DNA from: an uncultured bacterium
GTDB taxonomy: Bacteria > Zixibacteria > MSB-5A5 > GN15 > FEB-12
Assembly (NCBI GenBank): GCA_965372795.1
Contig: CBDVDR010000005.1
Span: 1 to 64,000, forward strand
Length of the DNA stretch: 64,000 bases
Reading direction: 5' to 3'
The position numbers and the translations under genes are program-made. The first letter of the stretch is position 1. Each line of letters opens with the position of its first letter. Shown here piece after piece: positions 1 to 9,314 of this stretch. The notes beneath the pieces were generated by a model that saw nothing but the letters and a program-made list of their open reading frames with translations, did no database searches and had not been told where the DNA came from.

Positions 1-65
1 GTAGTTCGGTGTAGTTCGGTGTAGTTCGGTGTAGTTCGGTGTAGTTCGGTGTAGTTCGGTGTAGT
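1..65. repeat. 10-bp tandem repeat (GTAGTTCGGT)x6.5, running off the window edge
   Basis: Six perfect copies plus GTAGT are directly visible at 1-65. Confidence 0.95.
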
Positions 66-143
66 ACGCCGTTAGAAGGAGGTTAGAATGGCGATAGAAA
101 ATCTGATCCGATTTTTTGGTAAATGAGTACATTTCCACTAAGA

Positions 144-235
144 AAACTACGTCTTAACTTTCAAGACCAGATGTCCAGATTGTCTGAAGACGTACACTCT
201 GAACCGGCTATTATTTTTATACATTGTTGTGGGCA
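144..235 (-). repeat. attC-like element, left copy (partial): repeat arm plus TGCCCACAAC core just after the hydrolase stop codon
   Basis: 144-196 aligns ungapped to 1741-1793 (41/53 identical by hand count). GTTGTGGGCA at 226-235 is the reverse complement of 1390-1399. Confidence 0.6.
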
Positions 236-247
236 GTAATTTCAATA

Positions 248-1345
248 TTATTGAATTTTGGAATCAAATAAAAATCCTAGCATTTTATAAAAATCGGCTT
301 GATTATAATCATAAACATTATCATAATCATTTTCTGTATCAACCCTATGAACAAAAATCATATTCAAATCAGGATAAACACCCAACATGTGTATTCCGAC
401 TCCTGTATGAAAAAAAGAATTTCTTTTAGTATCTTCATTTGGTACAATTACACTCCATAACATACCATATGCTAATTTGTATTCAGGATTGTAAAGTGAA
501 TATGGTCTCGTACTTATATCAATCCAGTCTTTTGGAATTATCTGTTTGCCATTCCAATTACCATTATTCATATACAATAAGCCATATAAAGCTAAATCAC
601 GAGTTGACATTCTAAAATGGTAAGCCGGATATTGCGATTTACTGTTTTCATATTGATAAAATCCATCTATATCATCATCATCAGGTATTTTTGCATTTTC
701 AGATTCAGCATCAATAGTGCAATATTCTCCCTTGTAATCGTTCATGCTTAAAGGGATTGCAATTTCTTGCTCAAAGAGTTCATAAATACTTTGCCCAGTT
801 TGTTTTTCTAAAATTGCTCCAATCGTATTAAAGTCCCAATTATTATAATAATAGTGTTCTCCGGGTGCAAAAGAATTTCGTTCGGGCATACCTCTTAGCA
901 TCCCTTCACTAACTCCAGCAGCGTTATGGTATACTCCTGACCTTGACTTTAATAAATCTACTATTCGTGCCTTTTGTTCACTTTCTGATAATTTGGGCTC
1001 TGTGTCATTAATTTCAAGTTCTCTCAATGTCAAGGAAGTGTCTATTTTCCCTTGTTCTATAGCGATTCCGATGAGTGAATTTAACAATGCTTTTCGCATG
1101 GAATGAATTGTATGCTTTTTTGAGGTCTCTCCCCATTCAAAAATAACATCTCCATCAACTATTACCATCATTGAAGATGCTCCGCTTTTTTCAAGATGGG
1201 TTTTTAATAAGTCTAATTTTTGTGAAGAGTATCCTTTCGCTTCTGGCTCTGAGTGCGTAAAAGTGTATTTTGAATCCTTACTACAGCTATTTAAAAACAG
1301 TAGTAGACCCAAAAGAGAAATAATGCCTTGAAACTTAAAATTCAT
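248..1345 (-). CDS. Serine hydrolase, beta-lactamase/class C-like family, lipoprotein
   Basis: Lipobox-like FLNSC; SxxK (SMRK), YxN (YNN) and HTG motifs. Confidence 0.85.
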   Translation of the reverse strand: MNFKFQGIISLLGLLLFLNSCSKDSKYTFTHSEPEAKGYSSQKLDLLKTHLEKSGASSMMVIVDGDVIFEWGETSKKHTIHSMRKALLNSLIGIAIEQGKIDTSLTLRELEINDTEPKLSESEQKARIVDLLKSRSGVYHNAAGVSEGMLRGMPERNSFAPGEHYYYNNWDFNTIGAILEKQTGQSIYELFEQEIAIPLSMNDYKGEYCTIDAESENAKIPDDDDIDGFYQYENSKSQYPAYHFRMSTRDLALYGLLYMNNGNWNGKQIIPKDWIDISTRPYSLYNPEYKLAYGMLWSVIVPNEDTKRNSFFHTGVGIHMLGVYPDLNMIFVHRVDTENDYDNVYDYNQADFYKMLGFLFDSKIQ

Positions 1346-1539
1346 ATCTATATTTCCTATTTGTTTACGTAAGGGGATTCATCATTTATTGCCCACAACG
1401 TGTGTGTATATGTAATTGTTTTTATCCGTCCAAATTAGCGGTATAAACACATTTGTTAAATATTTTTTTTAGAATAATACTAATTATATTCAAAAAAGCC
1501 AACAATAGAATTCCTTATTCTATCAATTGCCTTTTTTGA

Positions 1540-1805
1540 AACGTGCGTGTATATTTCAGTTGTTTTGGAACTGTTATTGTAGCGTTTCAGCCTAATCCGG
1601 ACATATTGGACTTGAAGTTAAGACGTAGTTTGGTAGATTTGGTGATTCAAGAAGGAGTTCATTATGAATGCCAGAACGAATCAAAGAACGAACGATGAAG
1701 CATAGAAAACAGACCGACAAAAAGGCAATCGCCAAAGAACAAACTGTGTCTTGGATTTCAACTACCGATGTCCGAATTGTTTGAAGACGTACAATTGTCA
1801 ACAGG
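1540..1805. repeat. Long imperfect palindrome, attC-like element (second copy, truncated)
   Basis: Arms 1578-1631 and 1741-1793 are imperfect reverse complements. 1615-1631 is the exact reverse complement of 144-160. AACGTGCGTGTATAT at ~1540 resembles AACGTGTGTGTATAT at 1397. Confidence 0.6.
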
Positions 1806-1934
1806 ATTTCTGTCTCACCTCATCACACCCCACCACATCCCGTTAGAACAACGTTAGCGTCACCCACTAGTGCCGAACTATTTGTCAATAACTTATTGTG
1901 TTATAATGGAATAATTTATTAGAAAAATAATTAC

Positions 1935-2018
1935 TGCCGAAGGGGGGATTCGAACCCCCACGTCCCGGAGGACACTGCGCCCTGAACGCAGCACGTCTAC
2001 CAGTTTCATCACTTCGGC
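1935..2018 (-). tRNA. tRNA-Leu(CAG), CCA not encoded
   Basis: GCCGAAG/CTTCGGC acceptor stem, anticodon arm CTGCG-TTCAGGG-CGCAG, long variable arm, GGTTCGAATC T-loop. Confidence 0.95.
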
Positions 2019-2152
2019 GTTTCCCAGTTAAAGACTAACTGAGACAGCAGTAAATATATATCGAATTAAGAAAAACGCAAAAGAAATATTTTGAATTTTC
2101 ACAATCTTAAGCTTTATTAAGAAATAATCAAACCTCCATATTGAAATGAGAT

Positions 2153-3121
2153 ATGAAAAAAACAATCTTAATATCCGCTTTTATGATAATTATCCTGTCA
2201 ATGTCAAATTGTGCTGATGACCCTCTGTTTTCCCCTGTAATTGATAATCAAACCAGTCTTGAAAATGCAAACAGGGAAGAATTTGATTTTGTAGAATTAA
2301 CATTTTCTTCGCTCCCAAATTCATCCTCTTTCCCCCAATCTTCTGATACCTACATTGCTCCGCTTGACCAGGACAGTATCGAGCTTTTTGATTATGCCAA
2401 TGATCTCCATTACCATCCGGTAAATCTGTCTCATAGATGTTTCTCATTTATTGGAACCTATTTCCATACTCAGGATCAAAAATATCTGCAACGAGCTGAA
2501 AAATATGCTTCAAAGCTGCTTTCTCTTTGTGATACTGTTGGCGACCGCATTTATGCACCCTATACTTTCTCTTTTAATGTTCATGGTAATCCAAATTTAC
2601 ACCTTGAAGCTCCGTGGTATTCAGGTATGGCACAAGGTGAGCTTCTTGAAGTTGCAATCCGGCTGTATGAATTGACCGGCAAAGAAGAGTATCTTCAATA
2701 TAGCGATAAATTATTTAATTCCTTCCTTGCCTTAAAAAATGAAAATGAAATTTGGACTGTCAGAATCGACAGCCTTGGATACTACTGGATCGAAGAGTAT
2801 CCCCATGATCTGTTCCCGGGACAAACCCTCAATGGCTATATAGCGTCATTAGTGGGCATATATGATTATTATCGAGTTACAAAAAAACCTGAAGCGAAGC
2901 TTATCTATGACTTATCACTCACTACTTTAAAACATTATTTTTCAGATTTTAGAAGAGAAAACCAGACAAGTTTCTATTGTCTTGGACATTATCATTTAGC
3001 GACAGAAGGCTACCATAATTTCCATATTACTCTGCTTGGTTATTTATACAATTTCACCAACGATGAATTTTTCCTGACTATGAAAAATTTGTTTGAACAG
3101 GATGCTCAAGCGGCCTTTTAA
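2153..3121 (+). CDS. D-glucuronyl C5-epimerase C-terminal-domain family protein, probable lipoprotein
   Basis: WYSGMAQG, WIEEYP, LNGYIASLVGIYDY and YHNFH motifs; signal peptide ending SMSNC. Confidence 0.75.
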   Translation: MKKTILISAFMIIILSMSNCADDPLFSPVIDNQTSLENANREEFDFVELTFSSLPNSSSFPQSSDTYIAPLDQDSIELFDYANDLHYHPVNLSHRCFSFIGTYFHTQDQKYLQRAEKYASKLLSLCDTVGDRIYAPYTFSFNVHGNPNLHLEAPWYSGMAQGELLEVAIRLYELTGKEEYLQYSDKLFNSFLALKNENEIWTVRIDSLGYYWIEEYPHDLFPGQTLNGYIASLVGIYDYYRVTKKPEAKLIYDLSLTTLKHYFSDFRRENQTSFYCLGHYHLATEGYHNFHITLLGYLYNFTNDEFFLTMKNLFEQDAQAAF

Positions 3122-3140
3122 TTTATTTGATCATAAAAAA

Positions 3141-3171
3141 AACCGCCCCTATTTAATAAGAGCGGTATTTT
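3141..3171. terminator. Bidirectional intrinsic terminator between convergent genes
   Basis: ACCGC...GCGGT stem with an A-run on the left and a T-run on the right. Confidence 0.6.
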
Positions 3172-3191
3172 GTTTTAAAATTGTTTACCGT

Positions 3192-4046
3192 TTAGTTCAG
3201 GTATGCCCTTAAAGAACGGCTTCGAGAGGCATGACGCAGTCTGCGAATAGCCTTCTCTTTAATTTGTCTGACCCTCTCACGAGTCAATGAGAATCGGGCT
3301 CCAATTTCTTCTAATGTCAGAGCTTTTTCATGATTTAATCCAAAATACAGATTGATAACCTCAGCTTCACGCGGTGTTAAACTATCCAGAGCTTTTTCAA
3401 TCTCAATCCGTAATGAGTTACTTAACAAAGCTTCATCGGGAGATGGTTGGAATTCATCTTCAAGAACATCAATTAATGAGTTGTCCTCAGAAACTGAAAA
3501 AGGTGCATCAAGCGAAAGGTGTGAGTTGGATATTTTAAGAGTATCAGCAACTTCGTTTTCAGTAAGTTCTAATTCCTTAGCTATTTCATCCGGAGATGGA
3601 AGTCGCCCTAATCCTTGCTCAAGCCTGCTTGAGGCTTTTCCTATCTTGTGCAATGTTCCGACTCTGTTGAGCGGAAGTCTTACAATTCTGCTCTGTTCTG
3701 CCAGAGCCTGTAAAATAGCCTGTCTGATCCACCAGACAGCGTAACTAATAAATTTGAATCCGCGAGTTTCATCAAACCTCTTCGCTGCTTTTATTAGGCC
3801 AATATTGCCTTCATTTATTAAATCAGCGAGGGATAAACCCTGATTCTGGTATTGTTTTGCAACGGAAACAACAAAACGAAGGTTGGCTTTAGTTAATTTT
3901 TCAAGGGCTAATTTATCCCCTTGCTTTATTTTACGAGCCAAACGCACTTCTTCTTGTGCCGTTATAAGAGGGGTCTCTCCGATTTCACGGAGATAGAGAT
4001 CCAGCGACCTGTCTTCATCGCGATATTTTAGAGACTGTTTCGCCAC
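3192..4046 (-). CDS. rpoD: RNA polymerase sigma-70 factor, RpoD/SigA family, short form lacking region 1.1
   Basis: [42 protein letters not shown]. Confidence 0.9.
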   Translation of the reverse strand: MAKQSLKYRDEDRSLDLYLREIGETPLITAQEEVRLARKIKQGDKLALEKLTKANLRFVVSVAKQYQNQGLSLADLINEGNIGLIKAAKRFDETRGFKFISYAVWWIRQAILQALAEQSRIVRLPLNRVGTLHKIGKASSRLEQGLGRLPSPDEIAKELELTENEVADTLKISNSHLSLDAPFSVSEDNSLIDVLEDEFQPSPDEALLSNSLRIEIEKALDSLTPREAEVINLYFGLNHEKALTLEEIGARFSLTRERVRQIKEKAIRRLRHASRSRSLRAYLN

Positions 4047-4117
4047 TTTCTAAGATCTCTCCTTCCACCAGTTAGTGTTAATTAAATCTCCCATTGGGAG
4101 TGTATCAAAATAATTCA

Positions 4118-5713
4118 TTAATTCTGTTTTATTACCTTTTGAGTTATATCCCCGTTTGGTTCCTGTACAATAAGTGGAATTCTTTTTTTGGGGTTTCTGA
4201 TTTTCCCTACTATAACTTCAAAATCTTCCAATGTTTTAATAGGACTGTCATTTACTTGAAGAATTATTGTGCCTCTTGCAATCGAAGCAAAGGCAGCCGG
4301 TGATCCTCTATATACTCGTCGCACATACATACCTGATACGTATTCAGCTCCGATAATTTCAGCTATTTCAGGAGTATATTCCATTATCTCCATCCCCATC
4401 CACTCCGCAATTTCAAAATCTTTTGGCTCAACAACTTCTTGTTGTGCAAGCTGATTAATACTTCGACGATCGGTAACCGAAGTTATCAGGTTTATCCTTT
4501 TACCTTCACGGACAACTTCAAGCGGAATATCGGAATGTTTAGTTAAGGTTGCCACCAAAACTCTTAATTGACCGCTATTATCAACATCGCGGCCGTCAAA
4601 TTTTGTTATGATATCACCGCTTTTTATACCGGCTGATTCAGCCGGAGAGTTTTGAAAGACCGAATCAATCTTTACACCCTTTACGGCATCCAACCCCTGG
4701 CGTTTGGCTTCTCTCTCAGTAACATCATTTAGCCAGACACCCAGCCAGGACCGCTTGACTTTACCCGTTTCAATTAAATCAGGTATCGTAGCCCGAGCCA
4801 TATTTATAGGAATTGCAAATCCTATTCCAACTGATGATCCTGTTGGTGATGATATAGCAGAATTAATACCGACACATTCCCCTCTTAAATTCAATAATGG
4901 TCCGCCAGAATTACCCGGATTAATAGAAGCATCGGTTTGAATATAATTCTGGTAAATAGGGGTTTCCTGTCCAAAGTTAAGATTACTGCGTCCTTTTGCA
5001 GATATTACACCTACAGTAACAGTTCGGTCAAGTCCTTGTTGCGGGAATGGATTTCCAATGGCAATAGCCCAGTCACCAACCTTTAATTTATCCGAATCTC
5101 CAAACGGGATCGTTGTTATTTTTTCATCACCTAAATCAACTTTTAGAACAGCCATATCTGTCTGGGGGTCTGCTCCTACAATTGAGGCTTCGTACTGATA
5201 ACCGGAAGATGTCGTAACCATCAATTTTTCAGCTTTTTGCACCACATGATTATTAGTCAAAATATATCCATCGGAACGGAAGAAAAAACCGGATCCTGAT
5301 GAGGTAGAATAACTCGTTCCGCGATGCCACCAGGGAATCTTACTATTTATTGATTGTGCTGAAATATTTACCACCGCATCACTGACTCGCTCAACAACCG
5401 ATACAAAAGGCGATTCATACTCACCATTATTGACAACTACGGGATAGCGACTGCCACTAATTAATGGTTCGGCCTGATCAGCAAATGATTTTGGAGCAAG
5501 ATCAAAATTCGAGGCTATAATAATCCCCAAAACGGTGAACATAACCGCCAGAGAACCACTGCCCAAATAACTTAAGCCCCTCTTAAAACTATTTAGGGGA
5601 GAAAAACGACGTTTCAACTTTTTATCGACCCTCCAATAAGCTAGCCTAGCAATATATTGACTCAACCTACCTATGTCAAGACCTTTGTTTTTCATACGAT
5701 TCATATTCTTCAC
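4118..5713 (-). CDS. HtrA/DegP (Do) serine endopeptidase with two PDZ domains; true start may be downstream of 5713
   Basis: GSGF, TNNHV, D-x-AV and GNSGGP catalytic triad motifs; PDZ repeats. Confidence 0.9.
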   Translation of the reverse strand: MKNMNRMKNKGLDIGRLSQYIARLAYWRVDKKLKRRFSPLNSFKRGLSYLGSGSLAVMFTVLGIIIASNFDLAPKSFADQAEPLISGSRYPVVVNNGEYESPFVSVVERVSDAVVNISAQSINSKIPWWHRGTSYSTSSGSGFFFRSDGYILTNNHVVQKAEKLMVTTSSGYQYEASIVGADPQTDMAVLKVDLGDEKITTIPFGDSDKLKVGDWAIAIGNPFPQQGLDRTVTVGVISAKGRSNLNFGQETPIYQNYIQTDASINPGNSGGPLLNLRGECVGINSAISSPTGSSVGIGFAIPINMARATIPDLIETGKVKRSWLGVWLNDVTEREAKRQGLDAVKGVKIDSVFQNSPAESAGIKSGDIITKFDGRDVDNSGQLRVLVATLTKHSDIPLEVVREGKRINLITSVTDRRSINQLAQQEVVEPKDFEIAEWMGMEIMEYTPEIAEIIGAEYVSGMYVRRVYRGSPAAFASIARGTIILQVNDSPIKTLEDFEVIVGKIRNPKKRIPLIVQEPNGDITQKVIKQN

Positions 5714-5883
5714 CTCTTTCTACAGATTAGAACAGAAGAAACCTCTATTTGATTCAAAAAATTATCATTTTGTTAATTTTTTTTATAATTTTCAAGTCTC
5801 AAAAAAATCCTGTAAATATCTATATTCCTTTATACTAGTGGATGTTATAAAAGCTGATACTTCTTATAATGTACGGGAAGATA

Positions 5884-5912
5884 TTGACATTTATTTAAAT
5901 AAAGTCTAACTT
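5884..5912 (+). promoter_or_regulatory. Putative sigma-70 promoter for the aldolase-folB-panB operon
   Basis: TTGACA-N17-TAACTT. Confidence 0.4.
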
Positions 5913-5914
5913 GT

Positions 5915-6565
5915 TTGATTATGTCAAATATGAACCAGATAATAAACGAAATCATTACAACCGGAATAAATTTACAGAAGATGGGATTTATCGCCGGATC
6001 TGACGGTAATATTTCAGCAAAACTTCAAAATGGCAATATATTGATCACTCCTTCCGGATTTCGTAAAGATTCACTGCAAGAAACTGATCTGGTCCAAATT
6101 TCAGAAGATGGGAATATCATCTCTGGAAATCATAAGCCCTCATCAGAAATTGCGATGCATCTTCTGGTTTATAAAAATCGCCCCGATATTTCTGCGTGTG
6201 TCCACTCTCACCCCCCCTATTCAACAGCCTTTGCTGTTGCTGGAGAGGAAATTCCATCTGAAGTTTTACCAGAAATGGTATTATTTGTCGGACGGGTTCC
6301 TTTGACAGACTATGCCCCTCCCGGTACTGATAAACTTCCCGAATCTCTTCTTCCTTTTATTAAAAACCACAATGCGTTTCTACTGAGGAATCATGGTTTA
6401 TTAACTGTTGGGAAAACTCTTTTGGAAGCCTATAACAGGCATGAAACGGTTGAACATACGGCTAAAATTATAAATTATGCGCGTCAATTGGGCACAATCT
6501 GCAAAATCCCAAAAAGTGATTTTGATCGTCTTGAAAAATTGAGAAACGAACAAAACAAGGCTTAA
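5915..6565 (+). CDS. Class II aldolase/adducin family protein
   Basis: GNIS, ITPSG, PSSE-x-x-x-H, HSH and NHG Zn-binding motifs. Confidence 0.9.
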   Translation: MIMSNMNQIINEIITTGINLQKMGFIAGSDGNISAKLQNGNILITPSGFRKDSLQETDLVQISEDGNIISGNHKPSSEIAMHLLVYKNRPDISACVHSHPPYSTAFAVAGEEIPSEVLPEMVLFVGRVPLTDYAPPGTDKLPESLLPFIKNHNAFLLRNHGLLTVGKTLLEAYNRHETVEHTAKIINYARQLGTICKIPKSDFDRLEKLRNEQNKA

Positions 6566-6582
6566 AATATACTGGAAATGCT

Positions 6583-7767
6583 ATGCCAATAAAGAAAGTA
6601 ATAATCGATAAAGCTAACCGACTCTATCAATTACCTCCGGAATTGGACTCTATAATTCCTCGAAGAAAAAAGAGAGGTTTACTAAAAAAATCGGAACTGA
6701 TTGACCTGTCTTCCTTCAATTGGCCTATAGAATTTGACAAAGATATTAATGAAGATTTCGATTTTTCTCCTGCTTCCTCGGATAAATTAACAGAATTAAA
6801 AGATGAATTAGCCGGATGGTTTAATTCTTACCACGATGTCAAAATTATCCCGGAAAAAGAAATTTTCATTGGTGCCGGTATTTCTGGGATTTTATTTAAC
6901 CTGTCTATGGCTTTTGTAGATAATGGTGATATTGTCTTTGTACCGGAAATTGGCGTTCCTTTGTACAAAAAAGTTACTGCCGCTTGTGGTGGTCAGCCGG
7001 TTAATTATTCTGTTTCACACAAAAACGACTGGTTGCCTGATTTTGAGAAAGTTAACAGTCGACTCGGAAGAGTTGCAAGGCTTCTCTACCTGAATAATCC
7101 CCACAATCCTACCGGAGCAGAACTTTCTGAAAAAGAGTTAGAAAATTTAATCTGGATAGCAGCCCGGGAAAATATTACAGTTGTGAATGATGCTGCCTAT
7201 CAAGCTTTATCTTCTCGCAAGCAAACTTCCCTGCTTACAATAAAAGGCGGAAAAAAGGTTGGGATTGAAGTGTATTCGTTCCCGTATCAATTTGGTCTGC
7301 CATCATTCCCGTTTGGTTTTGCGGTGGGTAACAAAGAAGTCATAAACGGGTTAAAATCTGCAGCAAAAATAAACAATCCTTTCATTCCAAATTTTATGGT
7401 CAATCTGGCTTTGAGAGCCATAAGCAGATTTCCTGATGAACATATCAAAAATTTCAGGCTGCAAATGACCCAAAGCACTGCTCCCCTGAATGAAATTATG
7501 GATATCTTATCGCTCGAAAAATGTAGTTTTGATACGATCCCCTTTGTTTGGGCTAAGATAAAACGAAGAAGCCGTTCAAGAAATGCGGCCAACATTCTAT
7601 ATCGTCGCAGTAGAATACTGGTTACTCCGGGGACTGCCTTTGGTGATACCGGTGAAGGGTTCCTGCGTTTCTCTTTGACTGCTTCAAAAAAAGATTATGA
7701 AAACGCTCTCGACCGGATTAAAAAGAAAATCCGTCTTATTGACTTGGGAAAAGATGATGAAAGATAA
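6583..7767 (+). CDS. Class I/II PLP aminotransferase-fold protein (LL-DAP aminotransferase-like), apparently lacking the Schiff-base lysine
   Basis: NNPHNPTG, DAAY and PGTAFG-GEGFLRFS are retained; the SxSK motif reads SFPY. Confidence 0.75.
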   Translation: MPIKKVIIDKANRLYQLPPELDSIIPRRKKRGLLKKSELIDLSSFNWPIEFDKDINEDFDFSPASSDKLTELKDELAGWFNSYHDVKIIPEKEIFIGAGISGILFNLSMAFVDNGDIVFVPEIGVPLYKKVTAACGGQPVNYSVSHKNDWLPDFEKVNSRLGRVARLLYLNNPHNPTGAELSEKELENLIWIAARENITVVNDAAYQALSSRKQTSLLTIKGGKKVGIEVYSFPYQFGLPSFPFGFAVGNKEVINGLKSAAKINNPFIPNFMVNLALRAISRFPDEHIKNFRLQMTQSTAPLNEIMDILSLEKCSFDTIPFVWAKIKRRSRSRNAANILYRRSRILVTPGTAFGDTGEGFLRFSLTASKKDYENALDRIKKKIRLIDLGKDDER

Positions 7768-8161
7768 AATTAGACTCTCTGGCATGTCCTTCTATGGCTA
7801 CCATGGTGTCACTACCGCAGAAAAAGAAACCGGAAGAATGTTCGAAGTCGACTGTGAACTTGAGGTTGATCTTGCCGAACCGGGACACACCGATTTGCTT
7901 AAAGATACGGTTGACTATGCCAAAGTTTATGAGTTTATCAAAAAGACTCTTGAAGAACGGGCTTTTTCGCTCCTTGAAGCGATTGCTACTGAACTGGCCA
8001 CTAAATTGCTTGACAACTTTCCAATCTATCAGGTAACTTTGAAAGTAAGAAAAATGATGCCTCCGATTGCAGGTAATATTAAATTTATTGAGGTTGAAGT
8101 TTCCCGTTATCAGGGAGACACTGATAAGCTTCTGGATCATAAAGAAGATAGTGATGGATAA
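7754..8161 (+). CDS. folB: Dihydroneopterin aldolase
   Basis: FYGYHGV, TVDY, LLE and KVRK motifs; start re-set to MMKDK, overlapping the upstream stop. Confidence 0.92.
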   Translation: MMKDKIRLSGMSFYGYHGVTTAEKETGRMFEVDCELEVDLAEPGHTDLLKDTVDYAKVYEFIKKTLEERAFSLLEAIATELATKLLDNFPIYQVTLKVRKMMPPIAGNIKFIEVEVSRYQGDTDKLLDHKEDSDG

Positions 8162-8675
8162 AAAAGAGATTGTATATATTTTGTTCGGCTCGAACCTTAA
8201 TGACCGCGAGAATAACCTGATTAAGGCGTTAACTGCTTTGGAACAAATAGTCGGCTTAGAGCTTGTAGAATGTTCATCAATTTACAATACAAAAGCAGTT
8301 GATATGCCCGAAGGATCTCCGGATTTTTTAAATCAAGCCGTTAAAATTGAATACAAAAATTCACCGGATAAATTGTTAAAAAACCTAAAGAGCATCGAAA
8401 CGAGCATGGGACGCACTAATAAAACAAAAGTTGAATCAAGAGATATTGATCTCGATATTTTGCTGTTTGGCGACCAAACCATTGATCAACCTGATTTAAA
8501 AATTCCCCACCCGGAATTATTAAATCGCTCTTTTGCAATTGTGCCATTAATGGAATTAGATTCCGCTCTTATACATCCGGTGAAACTAAAACCGATTATA
8601 AGTTTTTTAAAAGAATATAAACCAATAGAAATAAGCAGATATAAAGAGTATGCCCCAAGAACAATCAAATCATAA
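8154..8675 (+). CDS. folK: 2-amino-4-hydroxy-6-hydroxymethyldihydropteridine pyrophosphokinase
   Basis: GSNL, FLNQ, R-x-IDLDILL and IPHP motifs. Confidence 0.92.
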   Translation: MDKKEIVYILFGSNLNDRENNLIKALTALEQIVGLELVECSSIYNTKAVDMPEGSPDFLNQAVKIEYKNSPDKLLKNLKSIETSMGRTNKTKVESRDIDLDILLFGDQTIDQPDLKIPHPELLNRSFAIVPLMELDSALIHPVKLKPIISFLKEYKPIEISRYKEYAPRTIKS

Positions 8676-9312
8676 TTATATTGCAATCGAAGGTGTTATC
8701 GGCGTAGGTAAAACAACCTTTGCTAAAATGCTGGCTGATGAAATAAACGCGGAACTGATTAACGAAGAAGTTTTCGAAAACCCGTTTCTGGTTGACTTCT
8801 ATAAACATAAAAAGCGTTATTCTTTTTCCTGTCAGTTATATTTTTTAATCTCCCGATTTCAACAACAACAGCAATTGATGGTTCGTGATCTCTTCGCCCA
8901 GAAAATAGTTTCCGATTATCTCTTTGCCAAAGATTCTATTTTTGCTTCTATAAATCTCTCAGAGCGCGAACTGATTCTTTATGATAAAATCGCCCCTGCC
9001 CTGTCAAAAGATATTCCTCGACCGGACCTGGTGATATATCTGCAGGCTTCAACAAATATATTACTCGATAGAATTAACAAACGAAATTACAGTTTTGAAA
9101 AATCTATTGATCAAGACTACCTGGAAGTGTTGAACAAAGCCTACGATTATTATTTTTTCAATTATACCGACACGCCTTTGTTGGTTGTTAAAACTGATGA
9201 GATCGACTTTGTTAACCGACCCGAGCATTTTGATGATTTGATTGAACAAATTCATAAACCGATTGCCGGGAAAAAATATTATGCCCCTTCGGGAGATTTT
9301 ATTACTAAATAA
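8650..9312 (+). CDS. Deoxynucleoside kinase
   Basis: IEGVIGVGKTT P-loop, PDLVIYL, RINKR; usual folK-dNK-panB context. Confidence 0.9.
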   Translation: MPQEQSNHNYIAIEGVIGVGKTTFAKMLADEINAELINEEVFENPFLVDFYKHKKRYSFSCQLYFLISRFQQQQQLMVRDLFAQKIVSDYLFAKDSIFASINLSERELILYDKIAPALSKDIPRPDLVIYLQASTNILLDRINKRNYSFEKSIDQDYLEVLNKAYDYYFFNYTDTPLLVVKTDEIDFVNRPEHFDDLIEQIHKPIAGKKYYAPSGDFITK

Positions 9313-9314
9313 TT

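Noticed and set aside
1..65. CRISPR array or telomere
   Set aside because: The 10-bp units have no spacers, there are no cas genes, and nothing indicates a linear replicon end.
1592..1801. 69-aa ORF
   Set aside because: It lies wholly within the palindromic repeat element and has no protein-like motifs.
1871..1877. TGCCGAA as an att duplication of the tRNA-Leu 3' end
   Set aside because: Only 7 bp and about 60 bp from the tRNA; too short to distinguish from chance.
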